The notes under the pieces: model-generated | Told to the model about the DNA's origin: nothing | What the model saw: only the letters and a program-made list of their open reading frames with translations | The model's database searches: none | Position numbers and translations under genes: made by a program | Source: an uncultured archaeon | GTDB lineage: Archaea; Thermoplasmatota; Penumbrarchaeia; JASLWR01 | Length of the DNA stretch: 64,000 nt | Assembly: GCA_964430885.1 (NCBI GenBank) | Contig: CAYSHM010000002.1 | Coordinates: forward strand, 77,009-141,008 | Direction: 5' to 3' | In this document: one piece after another, positions 40,078-50,518 of the stretch | Position numbering within the stretch: the first letter of the stretch is position 1 | Layout: each line of letters opens with the position of its first letter

Positions 40078-42288
40078 TCAATTGTATATCAAAGATATAT
40101 TCTCAATATCACCTGAAGATAGCCGGCCAGATATTTCTTTATTAATGGAATTATAATATTTAATTGTTTCTTCATCGATTGAAGGTTTGAACCTTTTCAA
40201 TACCTTCATGAAGTGGTCCATACTCACACTATGAATGTCGGGGTTTTCCCGAAATGCCTCTATGGCTGCCTCCTGACATATTCCTTCAATATCAGCACCT
40301 GAAAAACCCTTTGTATTTTTTGCTAGATTCCTCAGGTCAACATCTTGAGATATGGGGATGTTTCTAGTGTGAATTCCAAATATTATCTTTCGGGCTTCCG
40401 TATTCGGAGGAGGAACGAAAATCAGCCTGTCAAATCTACCTTTTCTCAGAAAGGCCCTATCTATTAGATTAGGTCTATTGGTAGCGGCAATGACAATTAC
40501 ATCATCATATCTTTCTATGCCATCCAATAGGAGGAGCAGCTGATTAGTGATATTCTGGTTGCCTCTAGGCCCGTCATTTTCGCTTCTTGTACGGGTGATG
40601 GAGTCAACCTCGTCAAAGAAAATGATACAGGGTGCCACCTGCCTTGCCTTTTGGAATATCTCCCTCAGTTTTTTTTCTGCTTCTCCAACAAGCTTGGTCA
40701 GTATCTCAGGTGCCTTTATGGATATAAAAGATGATCTAGCTTGATTCGATATGGCTCTTGCGAGCAGGGTTTTCCCCGTTCCCGGGGGGCCGAATAACAG
40801 CACGCCGTTTGGGGTTTTAATGCCCAGCCTTTTGTATTGCTGGTGATGGGTAAATGGTTTTTCTACGCATTCTCTAAGGTCCCTCTTTACCTTTTCCAAA
40901 CCCCCGATATCCAAGAAGCTGCAGTCAGGTATTTTTACCATTGTTTCCCTCAATGCTGTGGGCATGATCCTTTTCAAGGCATTTCTGAAATCATCCATTT
41001 TGACATTGACTTCTCCTCTATTCTCCTGAGATAATGTGATTTCAGCGGAATGCCATAATGGCCTAAGGGCATTCATTGCCGCTTCGCGGCAGAGCGCTTT
41101 TAGGTCTGCCCCAACATAGCCTACAGTCATTCTTGACAATTTCTGCAGGTCCACTCCAGGATCCAATGGCATTTTTGAGGAATAGATTTTAAGGATCTCC
41201 AATCTTTCCTTTTCGTTTGGAGGCGGGATTTCGATTTCCCGGTCGAATCTCCCCGCGCGTCTTAAAGCCCCTTCTATAGCTTCATGTCTGTTGGATGTTC
41301 CTATTACAATCACACCACCCCCTTCCGGTAGAGAGTCCATGAGGGTTATGAGCTGGGTTACAACCCTTCTTTCAAGATCGCCTGATGCCTGTTCTCTCTT
41401 AGGGGCTATTGAATCAATTTCATCTAAAAGAATTATTGAAGGGGGCTCTTCAGATGCATCATCAAATACCTCCCGGAGTCTCCTTTCAGCCTCTCCGTAA
41501 TGGCTGTCAATTATCTCTGCCCCTCTTATTGTAAATAGTTTTGCCTTGCTTTCATTGGCCAAAGCCCTGGCAATGAGGGTTTTGCCAGTACCCGGCGGCC
41601 CGTATAACAATATACCCTTGGGCGGGGAAATACCCATATCCTTGAAAAGATTAGGGTTCCTTAAAGGGATTTCCACAATCTCCCGAATCTCCTCTATAAG
41701 TTCATCATGGCCGCCGATATTATCATATTTTACTGGAGCGGTTTTCCCCCTGCACATAGTGCTGAAATCACCAGGCCCGATCACTTGTATATCTGTTTGG
41801 TTATTAATCACGGCTGCTTGTCCAGGTTCAATATTTTCAACCCTGAATTCCGTTTTGCTTCCAGTTATATTTATACCCTTTATCCTCACCACATCACCTA
41901 GGGAAAGGGGCCACATTAGCATTTTTTCCCTGATGAAGGAACTGAGGTCCAGAGAAGCTATGGTCTCCGCCTCCTCCTGATCATCACTATTGGGGACCAG
42001 AATGCAGGACGAGCTTAGCGGCAGCTTTGCCTTTTTTATTTGGATTGAACTGCCTGGCATTGTGCCGCAGTTCAATCTGCCCAGGGAGTTCAATCCAATT
42101 TTTTCTCCGTTACCATCCTCAAAAGGATCTGGAAAAACGAGTCCGTAGGATTCCCTGAGGCCTTTTATCAAAACAACATCGCCCTTTTTAGTACCCAACT
42201 TATCCATCATAAATTGGGTAAGAAAAACTTTCTTCGGATTGCTATCTTCCTTCAAAGGGTCCCGTACAGTTACTTCTATGGACATCAC
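40078..42288 (-). CDS. cdc48: Cdc48/VAT family AAA+ ATPase
   Basis: N-domain, two AAA modules (GPPGTGKT twice, DEID/DEVD, GRFDR twice), C-terminal IYN matching HbYX. Confidence 0.95.
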   Translation of the reverse strand: MMSIEVTVRDPLKEDSNPKKVFLTQFMMDKLGTKKGDVVLIKGLRESYGLVFPDPFEDGNGEKIGLNSLGRLNCGTMPGSSIQIKKAKLPLSSSCILVPNSDDQEEAETIASLDLSSFIREKMLMWPLSLGDVVRIKGINITGSKTEFRVENIEPGQAAVINNQTDIQVIGPGDFSTMCRGKTAPVKYDNIGGHDELIEEIREIVEIPLRNPNLFKDMGISPPKGILLYGPPGTGKTLIARALANESKAKLFTIRGAEIIDSHYGEAERRLREVFDDASEEPPSIILLDEIDSIAPKREQASGDLERRVVTQLITLMDSLPEGGGVIVIGTSNRHEAIEGALRRAGRFDREIEIPPPNEKERLEILKIYSSKMPLDPGVDLQKLSRMTVGYVGADLKALCREAAMNALRPLWHSAEITLSQENRGEVNVKMDDFRNALKRIMPTALRETMVKIPDCSFLDIGGLEKVKRDLRECVEKPFTHHQQYKRLGIKTPNGVLLFGPPGTGKTLLARAISNQARSSFISIKAPEILTKLVGEAEKKLREIFQKARQVAPCIIFFDEVDSITRTRSENDGPRGNQNITNQLLLLLDGIERYDDVIVIAATNRPNLIDRAFLRKGRFDRLIFVPPPNTEARKIIFGIHTRNIPISQDVDLRNLAKNTKGFSGADIEGICQEAAIEAFRENPDIHSVSMDHFMKVLKRFKPSIDEETIKYYNSINKEISGRLSSGDIENISLIYN

Positions 42289-42416
42289 AAACTCTTCCCT
42301 ACTATCAGAAAATATGCTAGAGCCAACTTATTCATCATAGCTGCATTATTAGATGAAGTATGAAAAAATGCACGGCTTGTAGAACAACAATGTTGAACGA
42401 GTGATTATACAGAGGG

Positions 42417-44732
42417 TTATATAACTGTATCCACCTCTCTTTTCAATGCTTCAAACTCCTGCTTCTTCAGCACAGAAGGCGCACCGGATATAATGAGTAT
42501 TGAGTCGGTCACCGAACCTAGGTCCTTGAAGAACCTAACGAGGTCTATAACTTCATCAAAATTATTGTGTGAGAACAGATATTCTATACCTTCAATAAGC
42601 ATGATGTCTTTTTGGTGTGTGCTGAGGAACCTTTCACCTTTCCTTTTGAGTGATTCGATATTGTCCGGCCGAACATTATTGGCTCCGTCCATCTTTGTTA
42701 ACCAAAGGTATTGGGATGCTTTAAGGTTAAATTTCCGTATGATCTTCCGGGGATGATTTCTTGTGATGAACAGGCCGGTTTGGTCCTGATCCTTTACCTT
42801 GGAGAATAGTTCATAGGCTGTGTCCCGATCGCTGTCTTCCAGAAGGTAAGCATAACCGCTTTCAATCTCTACCTTTTCAGCATCCGATATCTCGAAGTCA
42901 ACATCATCCGCCTGCCTATACCTTCCGATATCCGCTATCTTCTCAATAGAAACATCCTTCCAGCTGAACGCCTCTTCTTCAAATTCGCCTTCAAGTACTG
43001 TGGCCTGGACCACAGGTTCGGATTTCTCAGCTATCGCTTTCTTTGGCTCTTCCTGAGGGAGTTGGGCAGATGTTTGGGGTGGCGCCTGTCCTCCAGTGTT
43101 ATTCTGAGGCATTGGTTGTTGATTCCACTGCTGCTGCATCTGCATATTCTGTTGGGGATAGCCGAATTGATTGTTATTGTTGTACATTGGTCCGCCCCTC
43201 ATACCCTGAGCCCCTCCGCCCTTACCGCCTTCACCTAATTGTGGTACGCGGATTTCGATATATTGCTTGGCCTTTTGGCTCTTCTTGATAGATTCTGAGA
43301 AACAATAATGTCGAGCAAGGTCCGCACTCATTTTCAATAAATCTCTTGCTTCTGGTACATCAGTTTTATAGAATTCATTTGAGCGACTGAGCATTTCCCT
43401 TCCGATCTTAATGGACCTTATTGCCAACCTGTATTCAATCTTGTCGACATTCAGCGCTTCAAGAGCTTCCTCGCATTTCCATTTGACATGTTCGTGTTTA
43501 TCTTCCAATCCTGCTATTAGATAGGGTATGGATTCGTAAACGAGATCTCTCCTTTTAATACCTACATTCTTAATTATCTGGGCCATTCTCCATCTCACAT
43601 GATGGTATGGATCTCCCATAGCTACGGTTATTTGGGGGACATACCTGTCAAAATAATCCGGATTAATAGCGCTAATTATTGTAAGTGAATCCGAAACGGT
43701 CTGCCTTGCTTCCATTTCTTTATCTTTTTCCAAGTTATGAATGAAGATAGGCATAACATGAGGGATGAACTGAGGATAATCCTGGACCAGCTGGCCTATG
43801 GCCACGGCAGAGTGAATCCTTACGAATCTCCTTTCGTCCTTCATTCTCTTGATCAGATTGGTTATCATGAATTTGGGTTTTTCTTCACCTACCTCAATGA
43901 TGAAATCCGTAAGATGCTCCCTCCTTTTCTTTTGATCAGTATCAAGTGAGGTCATGAGCGCAGGGAAAAGTTTATCAAGGTTCTTGGTAAGAAGCCAGAA
44001 TATATTGGTAACTGTTTCGATTATTTTTCTGTCCTTGTCCAGAAATGCAGCTGACATGGGTGGAATAACAATGGTCGGAGCAACAAGGCCTACACTTGTA
44101 AGGGTCTTTATGGACATATATTTCATGTCCTCCTCCTTCTTTTCTATCTTGTTCCGCCAAAAATAGAACCGGTAGGAATCAACCAATGCCTTGTATACGA
44201 ACTGTATTGCCTCCTTAACTGCTGGCGGATTCACGCATCCTATGCTCCCAATGGATTTTACTGCAGTAGCATAGAGGTAGTGAAGTCCGTCTTCAGGTCT
44301 CTCTGGATGATAGAGGGGATATTTCAATGGTCTTGTGATCAGCTCAATGTTTTTTACACCAAGTTTAGGCAATTTTTTACAATAGTTTCCCACAGTGATT
44401 ATTACCCTGGCAAAGGGAATCCAGTTGAAAGGTTCCTTTGTATCGTGTTGATCAAAACCCCTGTTCAGGAAGTCCCTTAACATCTTATCGGTTTTGGCAA
44501 ATGCCGATGGCTGTTTTCGGGATAATATTAATAGGGTTTTCGAGGAGGCCATTCTGACAGAGTCCTTCTTGTCCAGAATCATGGGGATGATATATTTTAA
44601 AGCCTCCGGGGTGTTTGAACGGTTACTCAAACACGCGGATTCCAGGGTTTTCAGTCCGTTAATCTTTTTTTTAGCCGATGAGGATTTCAGTCCGCTGATA
44701 TATTTGTTGCTCAATGCCAAGTCCAACACCAT
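42417..44732 (-). CDS. HEAT-repeat protein with Q/N/G-rich linker and C-terminal DUF835 domain
   Basis: HEAT repeats (LDKKDSVR, DERRFVR, DPYHHVRW, DKHEHVKW); low-complexity linker; GLFITRNHP...WLT...EGIEYL...NNF DUF835 motifs. Confidence 0.85.
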   Translation of the reverse strand: MVLDLALSNKYISGLKSSSAKKKINGLKTLESACLSNRSNTPEALKYIIPMILDKKDSVRMASSKTLLILSRKQPSAFAKTDKMLRDFLNRGFDQHDTKEPFNWIPFARVIITVGNYCKKLPKLGVKNIELITRPLKYPLYHPERPEDGLHYLYATAVKSIGSIGCVNPPAVKEAIQFVYKALVDSYRFYFWRNKIEKKEEDMKYMSIKTLTSVGLVAPTIVIPPMSAAFLDKDRKIIETVTNIFWLLTKNLDKLFPALMTSLDTDQKKRREHLTDFIIEVGEEKPKFMITNLIKRMKDERRFVRIHSAVAIGQLVQDYPQFIPHVMPIFIHNLEKDKEMEARQTVSDSLTIISAINPDYFDRYVPQITVAMGDPYHHVRWRMAQIIKNVGIKRRDLVYESIPYLIAGLEDKHEHVKWKCEEALEALNVDKIEYRLAIRSIKIGREMLSRSNEFYKTDVPEARDLLKMSADLARHYCFSESIKKSQKAKQYIEIRVPQLGEGGKGGGAQGMRGGPMYNNNNQFGYPQQNMQMQQQWNQQPMPQNNTGGQAPPQTSAQLPQEEPKKAIAEKSEPVVQATVLEGEFEEEAFSWKDVSIEKIADIGRYRQADDVDFEISDAEKVEIESGYAYLLEDSDRDTAYELFSKVKDQDQTGLFITRNHPRKIIRKFNLKASQYLWLTKMDGANNVRPDNIESLKRKGERFLSTHQKDIMLIEGIEYLFSHNNFDEVIDLVRFFKDLGSVTDSILIISGAPSVLKKQEFEALKREVDTVI

Positions 44733-45046
44733 ATTTTTTTTTATTGGTATTTAACACCGAGAAGTTGATAATTCAAAGGAATCAAATGATCCAAATAGAT
44801 ATTATAGATTCAATTAATATCATTTAGGATTATTTATATTATCTACTACTTCCAGATATTAATATTTTACTAACAATAATCAATAGATATAATACTTTTT
44901 GGTAATATCATTTAATAATAGATTTTGATTTCTCACAGAATATTCAAAAGTCAGTAGATTTTTTTCTACGACAGGCAGGCCGTGTAAAAATATGCAGTTT
45001 GGTTTTGTGCAAATAACCGCAAATAGAGATAATAGTCGGGGGCTAC

Positions 45047-46108
45047 TCAGCTATACATACCGCTGGCTGGTTCGGATGATTTGATCTTCTTGCTAGCTTC
45101 CATCTGGGAACGAAGCATCATGATCTTCTTCTCTATCAATTCGGCTTCCTGAAAGAGGGGTTCAACATTAAGGCCCAGATTTAAAATCAAATTGTCGATG
45201 CTTTGAATTATCTTAGCTGCAGCTCTAGCATCAGGTATTTCCTGATGGGCTTCAGTCAGCAGTCCTATTACACTGAAACCCCGTCTTTTACCTTCATTGA
45301 TAAGCACTCCCGCTACACCCTGAATTATTCCGTCAGTGAAAGGTGATACGTTGCTTTTCTCAAGGATTTCCCGAGCTTCTTTGGTCGAGGCTATTCCCCA
45401 AACCCCTACATTTTTATCCGGCAGAGGTCCGCTGTTCTGGCCCTTCTTTTCCTTACCAGATGACTCTTCACGGATGTCATTTTTTCCCTCTTCTCCCAAA
45501 CCATCCTTTTCTTCCTCATCAATTTCATCCGAAGTCCCTTTAAGAGCTTCTTTTATATCTCCCAGGTCCATTATATCCATGTCAAATTTAGCGCCTCCAG
45601 ATCCCGGATCAATGGTCATATTGACATTATCACCTGTTCCAGAGTCTCCTATCATTTCCTCTCCTGAATTGTCATCATCTCCGAATGGTCCCTTTTTCAG
45701 ATTTTTCTTTAGATAATTATCGCTTTCGATTACAAGACCTTCAGGAGAAATAAGTATTCCGCATTTCTGATCAACCAGCCAATCTAGTATTGTTCCCGCT
45801 ATGATCTTGATAATCTTTGGAGGCGGTTGGAATTCCGAAACGAATACAACAATAGGCTTGATCTCCCCTTCCTTGTCCTTGACCTTTCCTCCGTATATTC
45901 TTACTGGGTTCAAAGGTTCATTGTCCCTGACCACCGATACTGCGGGGAAATATATGGAATCAATAATACCTATCTGTTCCAAACCCAGATAGCTGATGAG
46001 ATAGTTAGCGCAAATAGTGGATACCAAACCCACGCTGGGGAATCCTTCGATAACCGTTGCATCCCTTAGGTCAGTTCTTTTGAGTTCATATACTTTGATC
46101 TTTTCCAT
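45047..46108 (-). CDS. Proteasome assembly chaperone family protein (PAC2, PbaA/B-like) with acidic insertion
   Basis: IEGFPSVGLVSTI, PVRIY, PDARAAA, L.QEAE.IE, C-terminal GMYS (HbYX). Start placed at the ATG after a GGTGA RBS. Confidence 0.9.
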   Translation of the reverse strand: MEKIKVYELKRTDLRDATVIEGFPSVGLVSTICANYLISYLGLEQIGIIDSIYFPAVSVVRDNEPLNPVRIYGGKVKDKEGEIKPIVVFVSEFQPPPKIIKIIAGTILDWLVDQKCGILISPEGLVIESDNYLKKNLKKGPFGDDDNSGEEMIGDSGTGDNVNMTIDPGSGGAKFDMDIMDLGDIKEALKGTSDEIDEEEKDGLGEEGKNDIREESSGKEKKGQNSGPLPDKNVGVWGIASTKEAREILEKSNVSPFTDGIIQGVAGVLINEGKRRGFSVIGLLTEAHQEIPDARAAAKIIQSIDNLILNLGLNVEPLFQEAELIEKKIMMLRSQMEASKKIKSSEPASGMYS

Positions 46109-46368
46109 TATGCTCACCAATATTTGGATCCGGAACCTGCCGTAGAGGTAGGATTGAATATATTTAAACTGAATTATAATCGAAATAACATGTTGATATT
46201 ATAATGATTTACATGGTTTTATCTAAAGATGATTGCAATTATTTTTATGGTTTTATACAAGTTTTGTTTTCTAAGATTCCTTATTAGCTGTACTGAAGAA
46301 TTCCCCTTATAGATTATTGCCTTTGAGAGATTTGAATATATGATTTTACCTGAATTTAACTGTGTTTT

Positions 46369-47328
46369 TCAATCCTTCAGATAGGCGCCGCAGGATGGAC
46401 AGAAATCCAGCTCAATTATTAGGTCCTTACCGCAGTAATTGCATGTTCTGGTTTTCATTTCCTTTAGGTATATATCGTTATCGGTTTGGAGTGAGTCATG
46501 AGGGGCTGCATCTTTAGTGATTGTCTCGTTCTCCTCCTCTTTTCCGTAGGGATGCGAATGGTAATTTGGAGGGGGCCGGTTTTTCTTCATATGGCGCTTT
46601 CTGATATTGCCAGCATATCTAACTAGTTCCGGACTTAGAATCGCCAAAGGAAGTAAGGATGCAGCATTGAACAAGGATATCCTCAGGATATCTTCATCCT
46701 CTGTTAGTTTTACCTGTGTCCAGTTGATCATATCATTCATCAGTTCGGTATTGTTATCGGGATTGCTTCCTGAGTATGAACGGCCCTTGAATTCCTCATT
46801 GAACTCATCTTCAATATCCTGCAGTCCCAAATTACCAATTGGAATAACTCCCAGAGACAGTACTATGACAGCTACCAAGCACCATTTGATCTTGGTTTGA
46901 ATACTCTGTGATGTTAATGGAAATATTGGGAGAAGTTTGAAAAGAGGTCCCAATATGCTCATTATCAGTCCGCTTCCCAACAAATATAATGAAAGGTAGG
47001 AGGGGTTCTTCTGCAGAATGAAGACGGCTAGAAAAACTATAAGGATTATCTCCCCGCCTATCAGCGAAATGAAACATCCAAGCCCCCATCTCGCATACTT
47101 TGCTTCCTTTCCCAGAAATTTTCTTCTGGTGAATATCATGAAAAGGGCAATTACCGATAATACAAAACCTGTAATACCGATAAGTTCAAAGAGACATGCC
47201 GCTACTATTAAATTATGGATTCCTACTAGAATGCCTATCACAGTGAATGCTCCAACCGCTATATCGATGGCGATTGAGATGCTAATGAGGAACAATCCTT
47301 TTCTAAGCCGATCTTCCATTGTTACCAC
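46369..47328 (-). CDS. Multi-pass membrane protein with C-terminal zinc ribbon
   Basis: About six TM helices; CNYCG...FCPSCG. Confidence 0.75.
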   Translation of the reverse strand: MVTMEDRLRKGLFLISISIAIDIAVGAFTVIGILVGIHNLIVAACLFELIGITGFVLSVIALFMIFTRRKFLGKEAKYARWGLGCFISLIGGEIILIVFLAVFILQKNPSYLSLYLLGSGLIMSILGPLFKLLPIFPLTSQSIQTKIKWCLVAVIVLSLGVIPIGNLGLQDIEDEFNEEFKGRSYSGSNPDNNTELMNDMINWTQVKLTEDEDILRISLFNAASLLPLAILSPELVRYAGNIRKRHMKKNRPPPNYHSHPYGKEEENETITKDAAPHDSLQTDNDIYLKEMKTRTCNYCGKDLIIELDFCPSCGAYLKD

Positions 47329-47419
47329 TTAGAACGAATGGTGTATTAATATTTTTATCCGAATTTTTAAGGTCTAACCTTTTTCCAGATTTGACCCCTT
47401 CAGCAGCAGAATGTGCCGG

Positions 47420-48091
47420 TCAGATTATCTTTGATACTAGATCCCTGATTGTGGATTCAATATCTCTGCTCTTCACCACGCCAGATGCTAGAAGGACGCC
47501 CTGGGTGCCCAATTTCAGCGCCATGGCAACATCCTCACCGTTCTTCACGCCTGCACCTGTAAGAACTTTCACTTCGGGTTTAATCTCCCTTATCTCCTTT
47601 GCGGTATTGATTACGATATCTGGATCAGCCGAGGTTACGGATATGTCCCCGCCAATTAGCTCAGGCGGTTCCACGGCAATGAAGTCGGGTTCAAACAGGG
47701 CGCAGGATTTCGATACCATTATATCGTTTGTACATACAATACTTGTGAGATCGAGCTCTCTGGCTTTTTTTACAAGGTCAGATATTTCAGCAATGGTCAG
47801 CCTATGTTCTGAATGGTTGATAAGGACTCCCCTTGCCCCTGCACTCTTGACCGCTTCTGGAGATACATATCCAGTCCCTGCGCCGGGCGGGATATTGTCC
47901 ATATGCTGTGCAAAAATCGGAAGCTTGACCTTATCGCATAAATATTTCAGATCTGTCTGTTGAGGGCACAGAGCAAAGGTTATTTCGCTTTCATTGGCTA
48001 CCTTCTCGCAAATGCGTGCAATGTGCAATGCCCCACCGTTGTTGTTCTGGGGATAGGTTTTCATGTTGACAACTATATATTTCTCCATCAT
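47420..48091 (-). CDS. tpiA: Triosephosphate isomerase (archaeal type)
   Basis: VNMKTY, AQH, INHSEHR, AVEPPELIG, GAGV, LLASG. Confidence 0.97.
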   Translation of the reverse strand: MMEKYIVVNMKTYPQNNNGGALHIARICEKVANESEITFALCPQQTDLKYLCDKVKLPIFAQHMDNIPPGAGTGYVSPEAVKSAGARGVLINHSEHRLTIAEISDLVKKARELDLTSIVCTNDIMVSKSCALFEPDFIAVEPPELIGGDISVTSADPDIVINTAKEIREIKPEVKVLTGAGVKNGEDVAMALKLGTQGVLLASGVVKSRDIESTIRDLVSKII

Positions 48092-48291
48092 CTTATCATC
48101 CGCTTTTTTTCTATATTACCACTCAGATATGCGCTCAATGAATTATTATCATATACATTATATCAATAACCAATACAGCTCCCGAACAATGATCATGATT
48201 ATATTTGAACCGTGTGGATCCAAATCCATTTATTAATAAGTAAATATTGACATATCCTGATTTCAATTGATCCTAAATTTCCTTTGGATAG

Positions 48292-48792
48292 TTACCTGAA
48301 AAACTCGTGCTCCAGAAGCCGGCAAATATCTTCTAAAAGCTGCCGGTCTCCCTCATGGAAAGGTTCAAGTTCATGTGAATCAATGTCCAGCATACCTCTG
48401 GTAGCACCATCTTTATCCCGAATTGGAACCACTATCTCGGATTTAACATCAATACTGCAGGAAAGATAGTTTCCCTCTTTGCTGACATCCTGTACAATTC
48501 TTGTATCTTTATCATCGGCGACCTGTCCGCAAATTCCAACACCGAAATCAATGGATGTATGCACCGTCGGGGCTCCCCTATAGGGACCTAGTATCAATTT
48601 GTTCCTGTCTGTTTCATCCGTCATATAGAAGCCTACCCATTGATAATAATCAACAGAGGAGTGCAGTAAAGCACTTATCTCATCCAAGGTTCTTTCCAAT
48701 CCTGCCTTTTCTGCTATTATGTTATTTGCAGCCCCTAAAAGCTCCTCCGAAAGCTTTTGGTTAATGGATTCATGCCCATTCAAACGTATCAC
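48292..48792 (-). CDS. GAF-domain protein, free methionine-R-sulfoxide reductase-like
   Basis: WVGFY, LGPYRG, GVGICG, YLSCS...KSEIVVP, LDIDS. Confidence 0.88.
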   Translation of the reverse strand: MIRLNGHESINQKLSEELLGAANNIIAEKAGLERTLDEISALLHSSVDYYQWVGFYMTDETDRNKLILGPYRGAPTVHTSIDFGVGICGQVADDKDTRIVQDVSKEGNYLSCSIDVKSEIVVPIRDKDGATRGMLDIDSHELEPFHEGDRQLLEDICRLLEHEFFR

Positions 48793-48850
48793 TTCCTCAA
48801 TAATATCTATCGAATTCTATTCTATGAACATTACAAAAAAGAAAACTTAT

Positions 48851-50431
48851 TTATAAGGATCCTGGTAAAATCCCATCCATATCCACAATAGATACACCCG
48901 CCCCGCCATGTTGACTCCTTCTCACCCTTATCCGAACAAATATCGGGAGGGCAATATTTCCTCCAATAACGATAGCTTCTCCAACAGCAAGTCTTTGAAT
49001 ATCCTCACTTGCTCCAGTGCTGAGACCTTCCAGGGAGGCGGTGATTGCTTTCAGGTCATTGCTGTTTGTAATCTTCATTATTATCTGTGTATTACACTGA
49101 CTTAGGAGATTCTTGTCGACCCTGGCGGGTCTCTGTGTAACAGCACACAGCCCGAATCCGAATTTCCTTCCTTCCGAAGCAACGCTTATCAGAAAGGGAG
49201 ATGAGATCGCCTTTCCGTTCTGGGGACAGAAGTTATGCGCTTCCTCGATAACCATCATAAAAGGCGGTATTATTTCCCTTTTTCTCTCCCTGTAAAGTGA
49301 ACTTATCAGCCTTGCAACAACAATTTCCTGGGCAGTTTTTGGGACACCTTTCAGATCTATCACTGAACACTGTCCCTTTCTGACTATCTCCCTCAAAGGA
49401 GTGGGATTTTCAGAAAAAATTTCGTAGTTTTTCAATCGCTCAAGGGCATCGATCACTTTCCACTTGGCCTTATCCCTGTGTATCTCGGCCTGGCATATGA
49501 TGTCATCTATTGAATAATTCCCTAGATTCCGCTCTAAAGACCTGATTGCCTGGTGCAGGATTCCAAGTTCGCTCCCAGTACCTTTCAGGGATGTCAATGC
49601 CATTAGGTCATCGACACTTAACCCCCCGTTATTGAAACTCAATGGAATAGTATCTGGATTCAAACCGGAATTTAGAGAGAATATGGTTATCTTGGATGCA
49701 TATCCTTTAGGAGCTACGGCAAATTCTTCCATGAAAATCATATCCCTCTGATCGAGGTTCGGATTTATCATATTGGAATATTCACCGTGCCGGTCAATAA
49801 TGATAATGGGCACGTTCTTCTCTAGGAGTTCTTCAACAAGCACTCCCACAGAATATGATTTTCCGCTGCCGGTTCTGGCTATTACGGATATATGTTTTTG
49901 CACGATGTCGTTGATATCCAGGGTTACTTCGAGATCGTGCCCTCTTAGTTTACCGATATATGCCGATGAGTTGGTTTTGGTCTCCAAACCAATGACTTCA
50001 CTTATAAAGGAGCTTTTGGCGGGATAAACCGGTTTTCCGGCTTTAAGAGGGATAAGAGGTTTTTTCAGGCCACCCCGGTGGTCTCGGTATCCGAATATAG
50101 ATACTTTTGCCGAAACCTTTCCTTCACCAGGTTCCTTTGATGCAATCCCTGGGATTTTTCTGCTCTCGAGTTCTCGGCCGTAGGGTTCGATAATAATTGT
50201 GTCTTTAGCTTCCTGAAAAGATATTTCTGTTTTTCTCTGAAGTTCGGTCACATAACCAATGACATTACCGCATTGAGGATGATGAACAGTCACAAAGGAA
50301 CCTGTCTTGACCCTGGGATCGCTTACAGCAAATTTAAAATTCTTTGTGGATACATTGCCATAAATCACTCCGAGAACCGTACTCGGCGATGGTATTCCCC
50401 AAAGGTCATTTCTATGATCTGATCCATACAT
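48851..50431 (-). CDS. HerA/FtsK-family ATPase (HAS barrel plus DUF87)
   Basis: N-terminal HAS barrel; ARTGSGKS, IDRHGEY, IEEAHNF, EGRKFG, TQRP, LSQCNT. Confidence 0.92.
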   Translation of the reverse strand: MYGSDHRNDLWGIPSPSTVLGVIYGNVSTKNFKFAVSDPRVKTGSFVTVHHPQCGNVIGYVTELQRKTEISFQEAKDTIIIEPYGRELESRKIPGIASKEPGEGKVSAKVSIFGYRDHRGGLKKPLIPLKAGKPVYPAKSSFISEVIGLETKTNSSAYIGKLRGHDLEVTLDINDIVQKHISVIARTGSGKSYSVGVLVEELLEKNVPIIIIDRHGEYSNMINPNLDQRDMIFMEEFAVAPKGYASKITIFSLNSGLNPDTIPLSFNNGGLSVDDLMALTSLKGTGSELGILHQAIRSLERNLGNYSIDDIICQAEIHRDKAKWKVIDALERLKNYEIFSENPTPLREIVRKGQCSVIDLKGVPKTAQEIVVARLISSLYRERKREIIPPFMMVIEEAHNFCPQNGKAISSPFLISVASEGRKFGFGLCAVTQRPARVDKNLLSQCNTQIIMKITNSNDLKAITASLEGLSTGASEDIQRLAVGEAIVIGGNIALPIFVRIRVRRSQHGGAGVSIVDMDGILPGSL

Positions 50432-50518
50432 TTACTAAACCCGTCCTTCGTTTCCTGGGAACTGATACCCCGCAGTCAAGATGTCAGCCTTGTAATATTC
50501 TGACAGCATATCATGAAA

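Noticed and set aside
42379-42399. TAGAACAACAATGTTGAAC upstream of cdc48, resembling the palindrome at 2838
   Set aside because: Single copy with several mismatches; not distinguishable from chance without a genome-wide scan.
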